DNA of 64,000 nt from Trueperaceae bacterium. Lineage in GTDB: Bacteria > Deinococcota > Deinococci > Deinococcales > Trueperaceae. Both the position numbers and the translations under genes were made by a program. The notes under the pieces are model-generated. The model was not told the origin of the DNA and did not search any database. It worked only from the letters and a program-made list of their open reading frames with translations. This document shows, piece after piece, positions 9,656 to 19,081 of this stretch. Every line of letters starts with the position of its first letter. Position 1 is the first letter of the stretch. The stretch spans positions 864,001 through 928,000 of the forward strand of contig OZ243956.1 of the NCBI GenBank assembly GCA_965214405.1. The letters are read 5' to 3'.

Positions 9656-10802
9656 CGCTGCCCTCTAAGGGCACCGCTGGCCCCCTGCTCTTGAGCCTCA
9701 CCACCTCGCCCTCACGAACGGGGCAGTCGGGGCCGGTCTGAACCGTGAGATTTTTACCGACTTCGCCGGGTTCGGCGATGACCTGACACTGATAGGTCAG
9801 GTCGTGCCCCTTAAATTCGCGGCTCACCACGCTCACCGCTACGCCCTCATCAATCCTCGCCTCGTCGCCTGCGCCCTCTCGCAGGTTAAAAAACAGGTCT
9901 TCGGGACGCAGCGAGAGGAGCACGTTGCCCTCGGCGGGCCGGGTGAGCGGCAGGGTGCCGAGGAGCGTGTCGGCCACCTCGCCCCGGCCCGTCGCGCGGA
10001 GCAGGTTGGTGCGGCCCAAAAAAGAGGCGACAAAGGCGGTGCGGGGGCGCGTGTAGACCTCTTCGGGGAGGCCCAACTGCTCGAGCCTTCCGGCACGCAT
10101 CACCGCCAGCCGGTCCGTAAAACTCAGCGCCTCCTCCTGGTCGTGCGTGACGAGCAGCGTCGTCGTGTTCGTCTCCTTGAGGATGCGCCGCACCTCCTCG
10201 CGCGTCGAGCCGCGAAGCGCCGCGTCCAAGTTGCTAAAGGGCTCGTCCAGCAAAATAATGGCGGGCTTGGGGGCGAGCGCCCGCGCTAAAGCCACACGCT
10301 GCTGCTGACCGCCCGAGAGCTGGTGCGGGTAGCGGCGGCTAAAAATGGTGAGGCCTACAAGAGCGAGCACCTCTTCGGCGCGTCTCAAACGGGCGCGGCG
10401 CGTGCGGGCGCGCACGCCAAAGGCGACATTTTGCAACACGTTCAGGTGCGGGAAGAGCGCGTAGTCCTGAAACACGAAGCCGATGCGGCGCGCTTCAGGA
10501 GGCAGCCAGGTTTTGGGTCCCGCCACCTCGAGCCCGCCCACGCGCACCCTTCCTGCGTCGGGCGTCTCGAAGCCCGCGATTAAGCGCAGCAGCGTCGTCT
10601 TGCCGCAACCACTCGGACCCAACAGGCAGAGGATTTCGCCCCCTTCAACCGTCAGGGAGAGTGAAGCCACAGCGGGGTGCTTAGGATGCTGATAACTCTT
10701 ACTCAGCCCGTCAAGCTCCACCACAGGTTGCCCCGTTTGAGGCGCGTCGTGGGAGGCGTGGTGCAACTGAGACTGAGGCGTGTGAGGAGGAGATAAAGTC
10801 AT
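9642..10802 (-). CDS. Fe3+ ABC transporter ATP-binding subunit (FbpC/PotA-like)
   Basis: GPSGCGKT, LSGGQQQR, LLDEPFSNLD, C-terminal TOBE-like region. Start trimmed to ATG 10802 to avoid overlap with the divergent permease. Confidence 0.9.
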   Translation of the reverse strand: MTLSPPHTPQSQLHHASHDAPQTGQPVVELDGLSKSYQHPKHPAVASLSLTVEGGEILCLLGPSGCGKTTLLRLIAGFETPDAGRVRVGGLEVAGPKTWLPPEARRIGFVFQDYALFPHLNVLQNVAFGVRARTRRARLRRAEEVLALVGLTIFSRRYPHQLSGGQQQRVALARALAPKPAIILLDEPFSNLDAALRGSTREEVRRILKETNTTTLLVTHDQEEALSFTDRLAVMRAGRLEQLGLPEEVYTRPRTAFVASFLGRTNLLRATGRGEVADTLLGTLPLTRPAEGNVLLSLRPEDLFFNLREGAGDEARIDEGVAVSVVSREFKGHDLTYQCQVIAEPGEVGKNLTVQTGPDCPVREGEVVRLKSRGPAVPLEGSVSPT

Positions 10803-10862
10803 AAACGTAGGGTGAGGCTGAGGTGTTACGAAACCCGGAGCATCACTCGAGCAGCGTAACAA

Positions 10863-10887
10863 ATATCCGACTAGACTGCTAGGGTTT
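10863..10887. promoter_or_regulatory. Candidate Rrf2/IscR-like operator in divergent Fe-ABC promoter
   Basis: ATATCCGACTAGACTGCTAGGGTTT, an imperfect dyad resembling the IscR type-1 consensus. Confidence 0.35.
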
Positions 10888-10914
10888 CGCCAACCTTGCG
10901 GTATCGTGGGGATC

Positions 10915-12651
10915 ATGCAAGACCCTTTCTTGGCTGTGCAAAATCTTGTGAGACGCGGGGCGGAGGCTCGAGGCGGACCAAACAAAACACCCGGTAAGAT
11001 ACCTAGTAGAACGAAGCGTAAGGCGCACTTAAGCGGCTGGAGCGTGCTGGTAACCTTTCTGGCGCTGCTCATCGCGGCACCCATTCTGGTCGTCGTCAGT
11101 AGCGTTTTCGCGCCCGCGGGCGAGGTTTGGCGTCACCTCAGCGGCACAGTGTTGCCGGACTACATTAGAAATTCGCTCCTTTTGATGGTGGGCGTGGGCG
11201 CGGGCGTGCTCTTTATCGGCGTCGGCGCGGCCTGGCTGGTGACGATGTGCCGCTTCGCGGGGCGGCGCGTCTTCGAGTGGGCGCTCCTCCTACCGATGGC
11301 GGTACCCGCGTACCTTTTGGCCTACGCCTACACCGACTTTTTGCAGTACAGCGGGCCGCTTCAGAGCGCGCTACGCGGGCTCACAGGGTGGACTGCCCGC
11401 GACTACCCTTTCCCGGAGGTGCGCTCGCTCGGCGGCGCGGTCGTGATGCTCACGCTCGCGCTCTACCCTTACGTATACCTGCTCGCGCGGGCGGCGTTTT
11501 TGGAGCAGTCGGTGTCCATTTTAGAAGCGAGCCGCAGCTTAGGGCGAAGCGCCTGGCGGAGTTTTTTTGGTGTGTCGTTGCCCCTCGCGCGGCCCGCTAT
11601 CGCCGCCGGTGTGGCGCTGGCGCTCATGGAAACGCTCTCGGACTTTGGCACCGTGCAGTATTTCGGCGTGGTCACCTTTACCACCGGGATCTACCGCACC
11701 TGGTTTGGCTTAGGCGAACGCGTGGCGGCGGCGCAACTCGCCTCCGCGCTGCTGCTTTTTATCCTCGTGCTGGTCGTACTAGAGCGCCTGCTGGGCCGTC
11801 GGCCCGAGGGTCAGCCCGTCTCGAGCCGCTACCGCAGTCTAAGCGGCTACAAACTGAGAGGACTCAGGGCTGCGCTGGCCTGGTCTGCTTGCGCGCTGCC
11901 CGTGGGGCTCGGCTTCGCGCTGCCCATCGGCATTTTTGTGGCGATGACGCTCGAGGGGGCGAACGGCTTTAATGAGCGCGTGCTCGTCTATGCTCGCAAC
12001 AGCCTCACCCTGGCCGCGCTCACCGCACTCCTGGCGCTCCTCGTCGCGCTCGTGCTGGCTTACGGCAAGCGGGTTCGGCCGAACGCGCTCACGCGCGCGG
12101 GCTCCCGCGTCGCCTCGCTCGGGTACGCCGTGCCGGGGTCGGTCATCGCGGTGGGGGTGCTCATGCACTTAGGCTGGCTCGACAACCGCATCGACGAGGG
12201 GGCGCGGGCGCTTTTCGGGCTGTCCACCGGCCTCCTCCTGAGCGGCACCATCGCCGGGCTCGTGTTCGCCTACTTGGTCCGCTTTTTGGCGGTATCTTTC
12301 GGCGCGGTCGAGGCGAGTTTGGGCAAGATTACCGCCAACATGGACGACGCCGCCCGCAGCTTGGGCCACCGCTCGCTCCGCACGCTCCTGCGGGTTCACA
12401 TGCCGCTCCTGCGCGGAAGCCTCCTCACGGCGGCGCTCCTTGTGTTTGTCGACGTGATCAAAGAACTTCCCGCGACGCTCATCGTGCGGCCCTTTAATTT
12501 CGACACGCTGGCCGTGCGCGTCTACCGCTTGGCGTCGGACGAGCGCTTGGTCGAGGCCGCTCCCGGCGCGCTCTTCATCGTGCTCGCGGGGGTGCTGCCG
12601 GTGGTGCTGCTGAGCCGGGCGATCGCGCGCTCGAGGGAGCTGGAGAGCTAA
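10915..12651 (+). CDS. Fe3+ ABC transporter permease (FbpB-like)
   Basis: Two permease halves with EAA loops (EASRSLG, DAARSLG); KELPATL...FDTLA. TATCGT lies 7 nt before ATG 10915. Confidence 0.92.
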   Translation: MQDPFLAVQNLVRRGAEARGGPNKTPGKIPSRTKRKAHLSGWSVLVTFLALLIAAPILVVVSSVFAPAGEVWRHLSGTVLPDYIRNSLLLMVGVGAGVLFIGVGAAWLVTMCRFAGRRVFEWALLLPMAVPAYLLAYAYTDFLQYSGPLQSALRGLTGWTARDYPFPEVRSLGGAVVMLTLALYPYVYLLARAAFLEQSVSILEASRSLGRSAWRSFFGVSLPLARPAIAAGVALALMETLSDFGTVQYFGVVTFTTGIYRTWFGLGERVAAAQLASALLLFILVLVVLERLLGRRPEGQPVSSRYRSLSGYKLRGLRAALAWSACALPVGLGFALPIGIFVAMTLEGANGFNERVLVYARNSLTLAALTALLALLVALVLAYGKRVRPNALTRAGSRVASLGYAVPGSVIAVGVLMHLGWLDNRIDEGARALFGLSTGLLLSGTIAGLVFAYLVRFLAVSFGAVEASLGKITANMDDAARSLGHRSLRTLLRVHMPLLRGSLLTAALLVFVDVIKELPATLIVRPFNFDTLAVRVYRLASDERLVEAAPGALFIVLAGVLPVVLLSRAIARSRELES

Positions 12652-13023
12652 GGCGAAGGCTTTGCTGGCGGGCCTGAAAACGGAAAATGAGAACGGCGCG
12701 CTTCAAACCAGAGGCCACAACATAGAGCGCAACATGGAGCACTGGGGGCGCGGGCAAAAAACCTCTCCGCCTTTCTCCCACCGCTCACGCCCCTTACTTT
12801 TCTTACCCGCACTATACTTGCTCTAAGCAACAAAAAGCATTAGGTCTTCCGCGCTGAGTTCGGTTCCAAACCTTTTTTGATTTTGCTGATACTCGCGCCC
12901 TGCTTCGTTACAAGCTCTTTGATGTTTGGGCGCACTCGACTTTACGATTCACGAGCTCGACGTTAAATTTGATGCCGGGTAACGTGACGCCCGTTTCGAA
13001 CGGCTGGAATCACCGGGTCAGCC

Positions 13024-13051
13024 TTGACAATATTCGAAAATGTGAAATAAT
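13024..13051 (+). promoter_or_regulatory. Candidate promoter of sugar ABC operon
   Basis: TTGACA-N16-AATAAT in an AT-rich patch about 480 nt upstream of the binding-protein gene. Confidence 0.4.
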
Positions 13052-13351
13052 AAATGCACAACATAATTTCAGAAGCCATTCGCTGGAAAGAAGAGCCGCT
13101 ACTATTTTGCGCCCAGACGGCGCAGCGACATTAGGTGAATGCAACGTCACGACCTGCGCAGGACAAGCAACGTTCAGGCCGATGTCCAACGGCTTTACAG
13201 GGGGTGCCAGAGAAAGTGAGTTTACTAACCCCACGCCGTGAAGCTTGTCTCGCGCCCTGGCTCGAGCCGCTACGTCTCAAACGCCACTTAATCTTAAACG
13301 CCACTCAAACGTCACCGAGAGCCGAGTCTCACTCAAACCCAGCATTGGACG

Positions 13352-13430
13352 GATTGTTGCTACCCGACCGTTACTACCCGACTGTTACCACCTGATTGTT
13401 ACCACCTGCTGATTGTTACCACCTGACTGT
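13352..13430 (+). repeat. Tandem 14-bp repeats (5 full units plus a partial)
   Basis: GATTGTTGCTACCC, GACCGTTACTACCC, GACTGTTACCACCT, GATTGTTACCACCT, (gct), GATTGTTACCACCT, GACTGT. Confidence 0.85.
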
Positions 13431-13534
13431 CAACTGTCGCTACTTGCTTAGAAGTTTGAACCCTCGGTTAGGAGGTTGCTCGGGCCGTCCGAAAGCCACA
13501 TATAGAGTCTCGAAACGCTTTTTAGGAGGAAATC

Positions 13535-15163
13535 ATGACGAAGTGGATGCTCGTTTTTGTACTTGTCGTCGCCGGTTGGGGGCTGGCGCAGGATGATCAA
13601 AACCTCGAGTGGGGTGACGACGGCAGCGTCACGCTTATTACGCAAGACGACGGTGAACGTATCACCATCCCCGCCGACCAGCTAGGCACGATGTTCGGCC
13701 CTGGCGAAAAGCCCTTCGACGGGATGAACATCGCGGTTACCGTCAACACGGGCGGACCCAAAGGCGGCATCTCCGGGCCGCTCTATCAACTGCGCCCGGC
13801 TTGGGAAGAGCTAACTGGCGCGACGCTCGACATCGTCGAGATGCCCTTACCTGAACAGTTGCCCGCCACCATGAACGACCTGCAACTCGGGCTCAACCAG
13901 TTCGACGGCTTTATCGAGGGTGCCTGGTACATGGGCGAGTACGTCACGCCCGGCTTTATCGTCCCGGTGGACGACTACATCGCCGACGCGCGCTTTCCTC
14001 AGTGGGACCCCGCCTGGTTCCCGCCCTCGCTCGAGGCCATCCACCAATGGGACGGGGAGTTTTACGCCACCCTCAACGACTCGGACGGACAGGTGCTCTA
14101 CTGGCGTAACGACATCTTGACCGACCCCGAGTGGCAGGCCAGGTACGAAGAAGAGGTCGGCGAGCCGATGCCCTTCCCCGTCGAGACCTGGGACGACGTG
14201 ATTGCCATCGCTAGCTTTTTCGACGGCAAAAACTGGGACGACAACGACGCCGAGCCCGACAGCGGCATCGTCATGCACTTCAAGGTCAACGCGCAGGGGC
14301 ACTTTCACTTTATGACCCTGTCGGGGGCCTACACGGTGCGCCCCGGCGACACGGTGGACCGCTGCACCAACAACTACTGGTTCGACCCCGCGACGATGGA
14401 GCCCCTTATCAACCAGCCCGGTCACGTGCGGGCGCTCGAAAAACTTCAGGAACTCGCGCAGTACGGCCCCGACGCGCAAGCCGCCTGGGACTTGGGCGAA
14501 GGCTGGGACTGGTTCTTAAACGGCAAGGCCGTCTTCCTGTTCTCCTGGGGCGACGTGGGCTCGCTCGTCCAGGACCCGACCCGCTCCAAAATCCAGGGCA
14601 AGCTGGGCGCGTCGATCGTGCCCGGCTCCAATGAGGTCTACAACATGTGCTCGAACGCGTGGGAAACCCTGGACGAGCCCAACGTCGTCGGCAACACCGT
14701 CGGCGGTTCGTGGCAGGGGGTCATCTCCGCCAAGTCGCCCAACCCCGAAGCCGTCTACAGCCTCTACGCGCTCATGGCGACCGCCCCCGTTCACACCTGG
14801 AACGTGCAGCGCGGGTGGACGGGCGTCGATCCGGGCGTGAGTATCGACTTCCTGCCCCCCGAAGGCACGGCGAGCTTAGAAGGGTACGTCGACGCCGGTT
14901 GGAACGCGAGCGACGTCGAGTTCTATACCAACGCATACTACGACAACTTCTACGCCGACACCATGCTGCCCTACTTGCGCATCAACGGCACCGAAGAATA
15001 CTGGCGCGCGCTCGACCAGAACCTCTCAGAAGCGATGATCGGCAGGATGAGCGCGCAAGAGGCGCTCGACAAGACCGCCGCGGCTTGGGAAGGCATCACC
15101 GAGCGTCGTGGGCTCGAGCAACAACTCCAGCAGTATCAAGAGGCCATCGGTTTCGAACCGTAA
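13535..15163 (+). CDS. Carbohydrate ABC transporter substrate-binding protein
   Basis: AGGAGG SD, signal peptide ending GLAQ, family-1 binding-protein features (LYWRNDIL, ETWDDV, QEALD); followed by two permeases. Confidence 0.88.
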   Translation: MTKWMLVFVLVVAGWGLAQDDQNLEWGDDGSVTLITQDDGERITIPADQLGTMFGPGEKPFDGMNIAVTVNTGGPKGGISGPLYQLRPAWEELTGATLDIVEMPLPEQLPATMNDLQLGLNQFDGFIEGAWYMGEYVTPGFIVPVDDYIADARFPQWDPAWFPPSLEAIHQWDGEFYATLNDSDGQVLYWRNDILTDPEWQARYEEEVGEPMPFPVETWDDVIAIASFFDGKNWDDNDAEPDSGIVMHFKVNAQGHFHFMTLSGAYTVRPGDTVDRCTNNYWFDPATMEPLINQPGHVRALEKLQELAQYGPDAQAAWDLGEGWDWFLNGKAVFLFSWGDVGSLVQDPTRSKIQGKLGASIVPGSNEVYNMCSNAWETLDEPNVVGNTVGGSWQGVISAKSPNPEAVYSLYALMATAPVHTWNVQRGWTGVDPGVSIDFLPPEGTASLEGYVDAGWNASDVEFYTNAYYDNFYADTMLPYLRINGTEEYWRALDQNLSEAMIGRMSAQEALDKTAAAWEGITERRGLEQQLQQYQEAIGFEP

Positions 15164-15169
15164 GTGAGT

Positions 15170-15214
15170 AAGAGGGAGCGGGGTGAGACGCCCCCTGCTC
15201 CTCTCTCTTTTTTT
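15170..15214 (+). terminator. Hairpin plus U-tract after binding-protein gene
   Basis: agagggagcgggg...ccccctgctcctctct then TTTTTTT. Confidence 0.6.
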
Positions 15215-15248
15215 ACCTTTCTCTCATCCCTCCTGGGAGGCCCTCCTC

Positions 15249-16097
15249 TTGCGCTGGAATAGCCCGCTAAAATACGTGTTCTTGCTGCCCGCCGTCCTCT
15301 GGGTGGTGGGCTTTACGATTTTTCCGCTCCTCTACAGCCTGCGCCTTAGCTTTGTGAGGGTCAATATCGGTCAAGAGGACGTTTTTGTGGGCTGGGCCAA
15401 CTTCGCCCGCGCCTTTTCGGACCCGAACGTCTGGAACGCCGCGCGCGTCACGCTGACCTTTGTGGTTGTCGGCGTGACGGTTCAGCTCGTGCTGGGGCTC
15501 TTGTTCGCCCTGCTTTTCAACCGAAACTTACCGGGCCGGGGCGCGCTGCGAACCATCATGACCCTGCCGCTCTTTGCCACGCCGGTCGGCATTGGCTTTT
15601 TGTTTGTCACGATTTTTCATGAGGAAGGCGGCTTTATCCGGTCGGTGCTCGGCGTCCGCGCGCCCTGGCTGTCCAACCCCGACTGGGCGCTGGTCTCGGT
15701 TATTCTGGTTGACGTTTGGAACTGGACGCCCTTCGTGTTCATCGTGCTGCTCGCCGCGTTGCAGAGCGTGCCTGAGGAGTATTACGAGGCCGGTAGGTTG
15801 GAAAGCTCGAGCCGGTGGACGCTCTTTCGCCACATCACCCTACCTATTTTGCAACCCACGATTATTCTGGTGATTGTCTTGCGCATGGCCGAGGCGTTCA
15901 AGGTCTTCGACATCCCCTTTAGCCTGACCAACGGCGGGCCGGGCAATTCGACGGAGACGTTCACCATGCTTACCTACAACACCTACCGCCGCTTTTTCGA
16001 CTTCGGTTACGGGTCGGCGCTGGCTTACTTGCTCCTGCTCGCCATCGCGCTCGTCGTGACGAGCTTTTTTAGCCGCATCCGGCAGGCCTATACGTGA
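15249..16097 (+). CDS. Carbohydrate ABC permease (UgpA/MalF-like)
   Basis: DVWNWTPF, YEAGRLE loop, TNGGPG; TTG 15249 follows GGGAGG. Confidence 0.9.
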   Translation: MRWNSPLKYVFLLPAVLWVVGFTIFPLLYSLRLSFVRVNIGQEDVFVGWANFARAFSDPNVWNAARVTLTFVVVGVTVQLVLGLLFALLFNRNLPGRGALRTIMTLPLFATPVGIGFLFVTIFHEEGGFIRSVLGVRAPWLSNPDWALVSVILVDVWNWTPFVFIVLLAALQSVPEEYYEAGRLESSSRWTLFRHITLPILQPTIILVIVLRMAEAFKVFDIPFSLTNGGPGNSTETFTMLTYNTYRRFFDFGYGSALAYLLLLAIALVVTSFFSRIRQAYT

Positions 16098-17095
16098 GCC
16101 CCCACATAAGGAGGCGCGTCGCCGCCGCGCTGTTTTTTGCCCTGGCGCTGGCGGTCGCGCTCATCTGGCTGCTCCCCTTTTACTGGGCCTTTAGCCTCAG
16201 TTTCAGGCCGCCCTCGCAAACCTTTAACTGTCCGGGGCTGTGCGTGCCTTTTGCCCAGTACCCACCCACGCTGGACAACTGGACGATAGAACTCGAGTCG
16301 CGGGAAATGATCAAGGCGCTCACCAACAGCACCGTCATCGCTTTTGCCGCGTCTTTTTTCACGCTGGTGCTGGGCACGCCCGCCGCTTACGCCCTGGCGA
16401 GGTTTCGCTTTAGCCCGCGCCTCGTCGTGATCCTGGCGTTCGTTTTTTGCGCGGTCCTCGCCTTTACCGCGGCGACCTTTGGCGCGCCTTGGCGGCTCGC
16501 GGTCGGGGCGGCGCTGGTTGTTTTCGTGGGCTTCGCCCTCACGCTGGGAAGGCGCTTTGAGCGCAGACTCGGCAACGAGGACGTCACGCTGTGGTTTTTG
16601 TCGCAGAGGTTTTTGCCGCCGATTGTGACCGTCATCCCCTTTTTGCTCATCATGAGCCAGCTCAAGCTCGTAGATACGCGCCTGGCGCTCGTGCTGGTCA
16701 ACATCACCTTTAACCTGCCCTTCGCCATCGTCATCATGCGGCAGGCGTTTATAGACTTGCCTATTGAACTCGAGGAGGCGGCGATGGTCGACGGGGCCTC
16801 TTTTTTCGGGACCTTTACGCGAATCGCGTTGCGCCTCACCGCCCCGGCGATGGCGGCCACGCTCATGATCGTCCTCGCCTTTAGCTGGAACGAACTCCTC
16901 TTCGCGCTCAACCTGGGCACGCTCAACGCCAAAACCGTGCCCGCCCTCGTTGCGGGCTCGGCGGGCACGCGGGGCATCGAGTTCTGGTTTGTCGCCGTAA
17001 GGGCGCTTATCGCCCTCGTTCCCCCCACGGTGCTGGCTATTCTGGCGCAGCGTTACATCGTCGGCGGTCTGACCTTTGGGGCGGTGAAAGGGTGA
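16094..17095 (+). CDS. Carbohydrate ABC permease (UgpE/MalG-like)
   Basis: LEEAAMVDGAS, FSWNE, C-terminal GLTFGAVKG. Confidence 0.9.
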   Translation: MSPHIRRRVAAALFFALALAVALIWLLPFYWAFSLSFRPPSQTFNCPGLCVPFAQYPPTLDNWTIELESREMIKALTNSTVIAFAASFFTLVLGTPAAYALARFRFSPRLVVILAFVFCAVLAFTAATFGAPWRLAVGAALVVFVGFALTLGRRFERRLGNEDVTLWFLSQRFLPPIVTVIPFLLIMSQLKLVDTRLALVLVNITFNLPFAIVIMRQAFIDLPIELEEAAMVDGASFFGTFTRIALRLTAPAMAATLMIVLAFSWNELLFALNLGTLNAKTVPALVAGSAGTRGIEFWFVAVRALIALVPPTVLAILAQRYIVGGLTFGAVKG

Positions 17096-17304
17096 AAAGT
17101 GAGATGTCCACGCAAAACCTATGGACGCAGCGATCATCCCTTAACTCTATGTGTTGGGGTCCCGTATGTTAAACAGTAGAGTGTGAAGCCGCTCTCGCTC
17201 AAAAGAAATGATGTGCGCCCATACGGATATGCTTATTGCGAGCGTCGACATTCAAACGAAGTTCGGAATAAGGTGAATCCCTTAGATGCTCGATCAGGCC
17301 TTTT

Positions 17305-18774
17305 GTGCTTCTAGGTATCGACGTCGGCACAAGCAACATCAAAGTCGGCGTCTACAGCCGAGAGGGTGAGCTTTTGGCGCACGCCCAAGCGGTCACGCCC
17401 AAGGGTGTAGAGGGGGGGTTTGAAAACTACCTGCCCGACGCGCTGTGGCAGACCACAGTGGGGCTGATTAAGGAGGTGCTCGCACGTTCTCAGGCCGAGG
17501 TGCAGGCGCTCGCGGTGGCGAGCATGGGCGAAGCGGGCCTGCCGCTGGATAAAGACGGCGAGGCGGCTTATCCCATCATCCCCTGGAACGACCCGAGGGC
17601 CGAAACGCATATGCAGGCGCTCGAGAAGAGACTAAAGCCCGCCCACTGGTACGCCGTGACCGGGCTCCGTCCCAATCCGATTCACAGCATCGCCAAGTGG
17701 GTCTGGCTCAAAGAAACGCAGCCCGAGGTGTGGGCGCGCGCCCGCACCTGGCTGAGCGTGACCGGCTACGTCCGCTACAAGCTGACGGGCGAGCTTTTGA
17801 TGGAGGCCAGCCAGGCCGCCCGCACGATGGCCTACGACGTGCGTAAGCACGCGTGGTGGGAAGAAGGGCTCGAGCTGGCCGGTATCCCCCCTACCTTTCT
17901 CCCGCCCCTGGTCAGGGCCACCGACCCGGCGGGCGAGGTGACAGAAGCGGCGGCGGCATTGACGGGTCTGCGGGCGGGCACGCCCGTGTTCGCCGGAGGC
18001 CACGACCACATTTGCGCGGCACTGGCGTGCGGCGCGTTCAAGTCGGACATCGCCCTCGATTCTTTGGGCACGGCGGAGGGGCTCACTTTTGGCTTGCCCG
18101 GAGCGCCGAATCCCGCGGAGGCGGGCGGCTTCGGGGTGGGGCCGCACGTGATCGCGGGGCACAGGTATTACCTCGGGGGCATCTACAGTTCGGGCGGGTC
18201 GGTGGCGTGGGTCAAGAATCTGTTGGGGTTGGAGAGCTTTGACACGCTACTCGAGCTTGCCGCGAGCGCCGAGCCGGGCGCGTCGCCCCTTTTTCTGGCG
18301 CACTTCTACGGCGAAGCGCCGCCCTTTGGCGACTCGAGCGCCACGGGCGCATTTTTGGAGGTGCGACCCGAACACGGCCCCGCCGAGTTCGCGCGGAGCG
18401 TTTTAGAGGGGGTCGCCTTTGAAATTAAAAGACATATAGAAACCTTTGAAACGCTCGTGGGCGAACCCGTCAGCGTCATCCGCGTGGTCGGGAGCCCCGC
18501 ACAAAACCCGCTGTGGCTCCTTATTCGCGCGGGCGTTTTGGGGAGACCGCTCGAGCTCACCCGCCACGCGGACATGGTCACGCTGGGAGTCGCCCTCATC
18601 GCAGGTCTTGGCGCGGGCGTTTACCAAACCCCGCAAGAGGCGGTTGACGCCACGTTTAAGGTGGGTGACCACCTCGAGCCCAATCCCGACTGGCAAGCTC
18701 AATATATTGAACCCTATGAACGTTACAAGCATCTCTCGAGCGTGCTTCACGAGGGGCGAAAAAGCTCGAGGTGA
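17305..18774 (+). CDS. FGGY-family carbohydrate kinase (xylulokinase-like)
   Basis: LGIDVGTSNIK, WNDPR, GGHDH, SLGTA, SVLEGVAF. Confidence 0.9.
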   Translation: MLLGIDVGTSNIKVGVYSREGELLAHAQAVTPKGVEGGFENYLPDALWQTTVGLIKEVLARSQAEVQALAVASMGEAGLPLDKDGEAAYPIIPWNDPRAETHMQALEKRLKPAHWYAVTGLRPNPIHSIAKWVWLKETQPEVWARARTWLSVTGYVRYKLTGELLMEASQAARTMAYDVRKHAWWEEGLELAGIPPTFLPPLVRATDPAGEVTEAAAALTGLRAGTPVFAGGHDHICAALACGAFKSDIALDSLGTAEGLTFGLPGAPNPAEAGGFGVGPHVIAGHRYYLGGIYSSGGSVAWVKNLLGLESFDTLLELAASAEPGASPLFLAHFYGEAPPFGDSSATGAFLEVRPEHGPAEFARSVLEGVAFEIKRHIETFETLVGEPVSVIRVVGSPAQNPLWLLIRAGVLGRPLELTRHADMVTLGVALIAGLGAGVYQTPQEAVDATFKVGDHLEPNPDWQAQYIEPYERYKHLSSVLHEGRKSSR

Positions 18775-19081
18775 GGCGCGCCTTTTAACCTCTCCGACGT
18801 TTCGCAAGCCCAACGGCTCACGCTCCGCCGAGAAGCAGGAAACGGTAGGGTAAGAAGCGTTCCCCCACTGCCCCAGCTCCACGCCTACTCCGCCCTCTAT
18901 GTTTATCAAATCCAGCATCTTGGTAAGGACGTGCGCCCCTCTACCGCGGGAAAGTCTGGTATACTCGTATGTTTTGAAAGGGCTTGCGCACCACTTTTTA
19001 TTCGTAAGCTCGAGATTTGTGCCCACACATGTTCAACAACTCTTACGCGTCAAACGAGCGTATCCTTAGGGAGGCCCTCCT

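Noticed and set aside
10803..11084. N-terminal extensions in the ORF track (Fe-ABC ATPase; also lepA, RidA, LysE, B3/4, malE)
   Set aside because: They overlap neighbouring genes or promoters; downstream starts have SD or -10 support.
13352..13430. Possible CRISPR array
   Set aside because: Units are 14 bp and contiguous with no unique spacers, and no cas genes are in the window.
16088..17137. Long antisense or alternative-frame ORFs (also 19136-19849, 26534-27487, 29812-30684, 57707-58426)
   Set aside because: Shadows of well-supported genes in GC-rich DNA, with no recognisable motifs.
17096..17304. attC-like site between permease and FGGY kinase (CCTTAAC...GTTAAAC)
   Set aside because: No L-box stem or correct spacing. 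The 11-bp match GTAGAGTGTGA to 29740 is too short to trust.
19043..19059. Radiation/desiccation response motif upstream of uvrA (TTACGCGTCAAACGAGC)
   Set aside because: Only the left half fits the 17-bp palindromic consensus; the last three positions mismatch.
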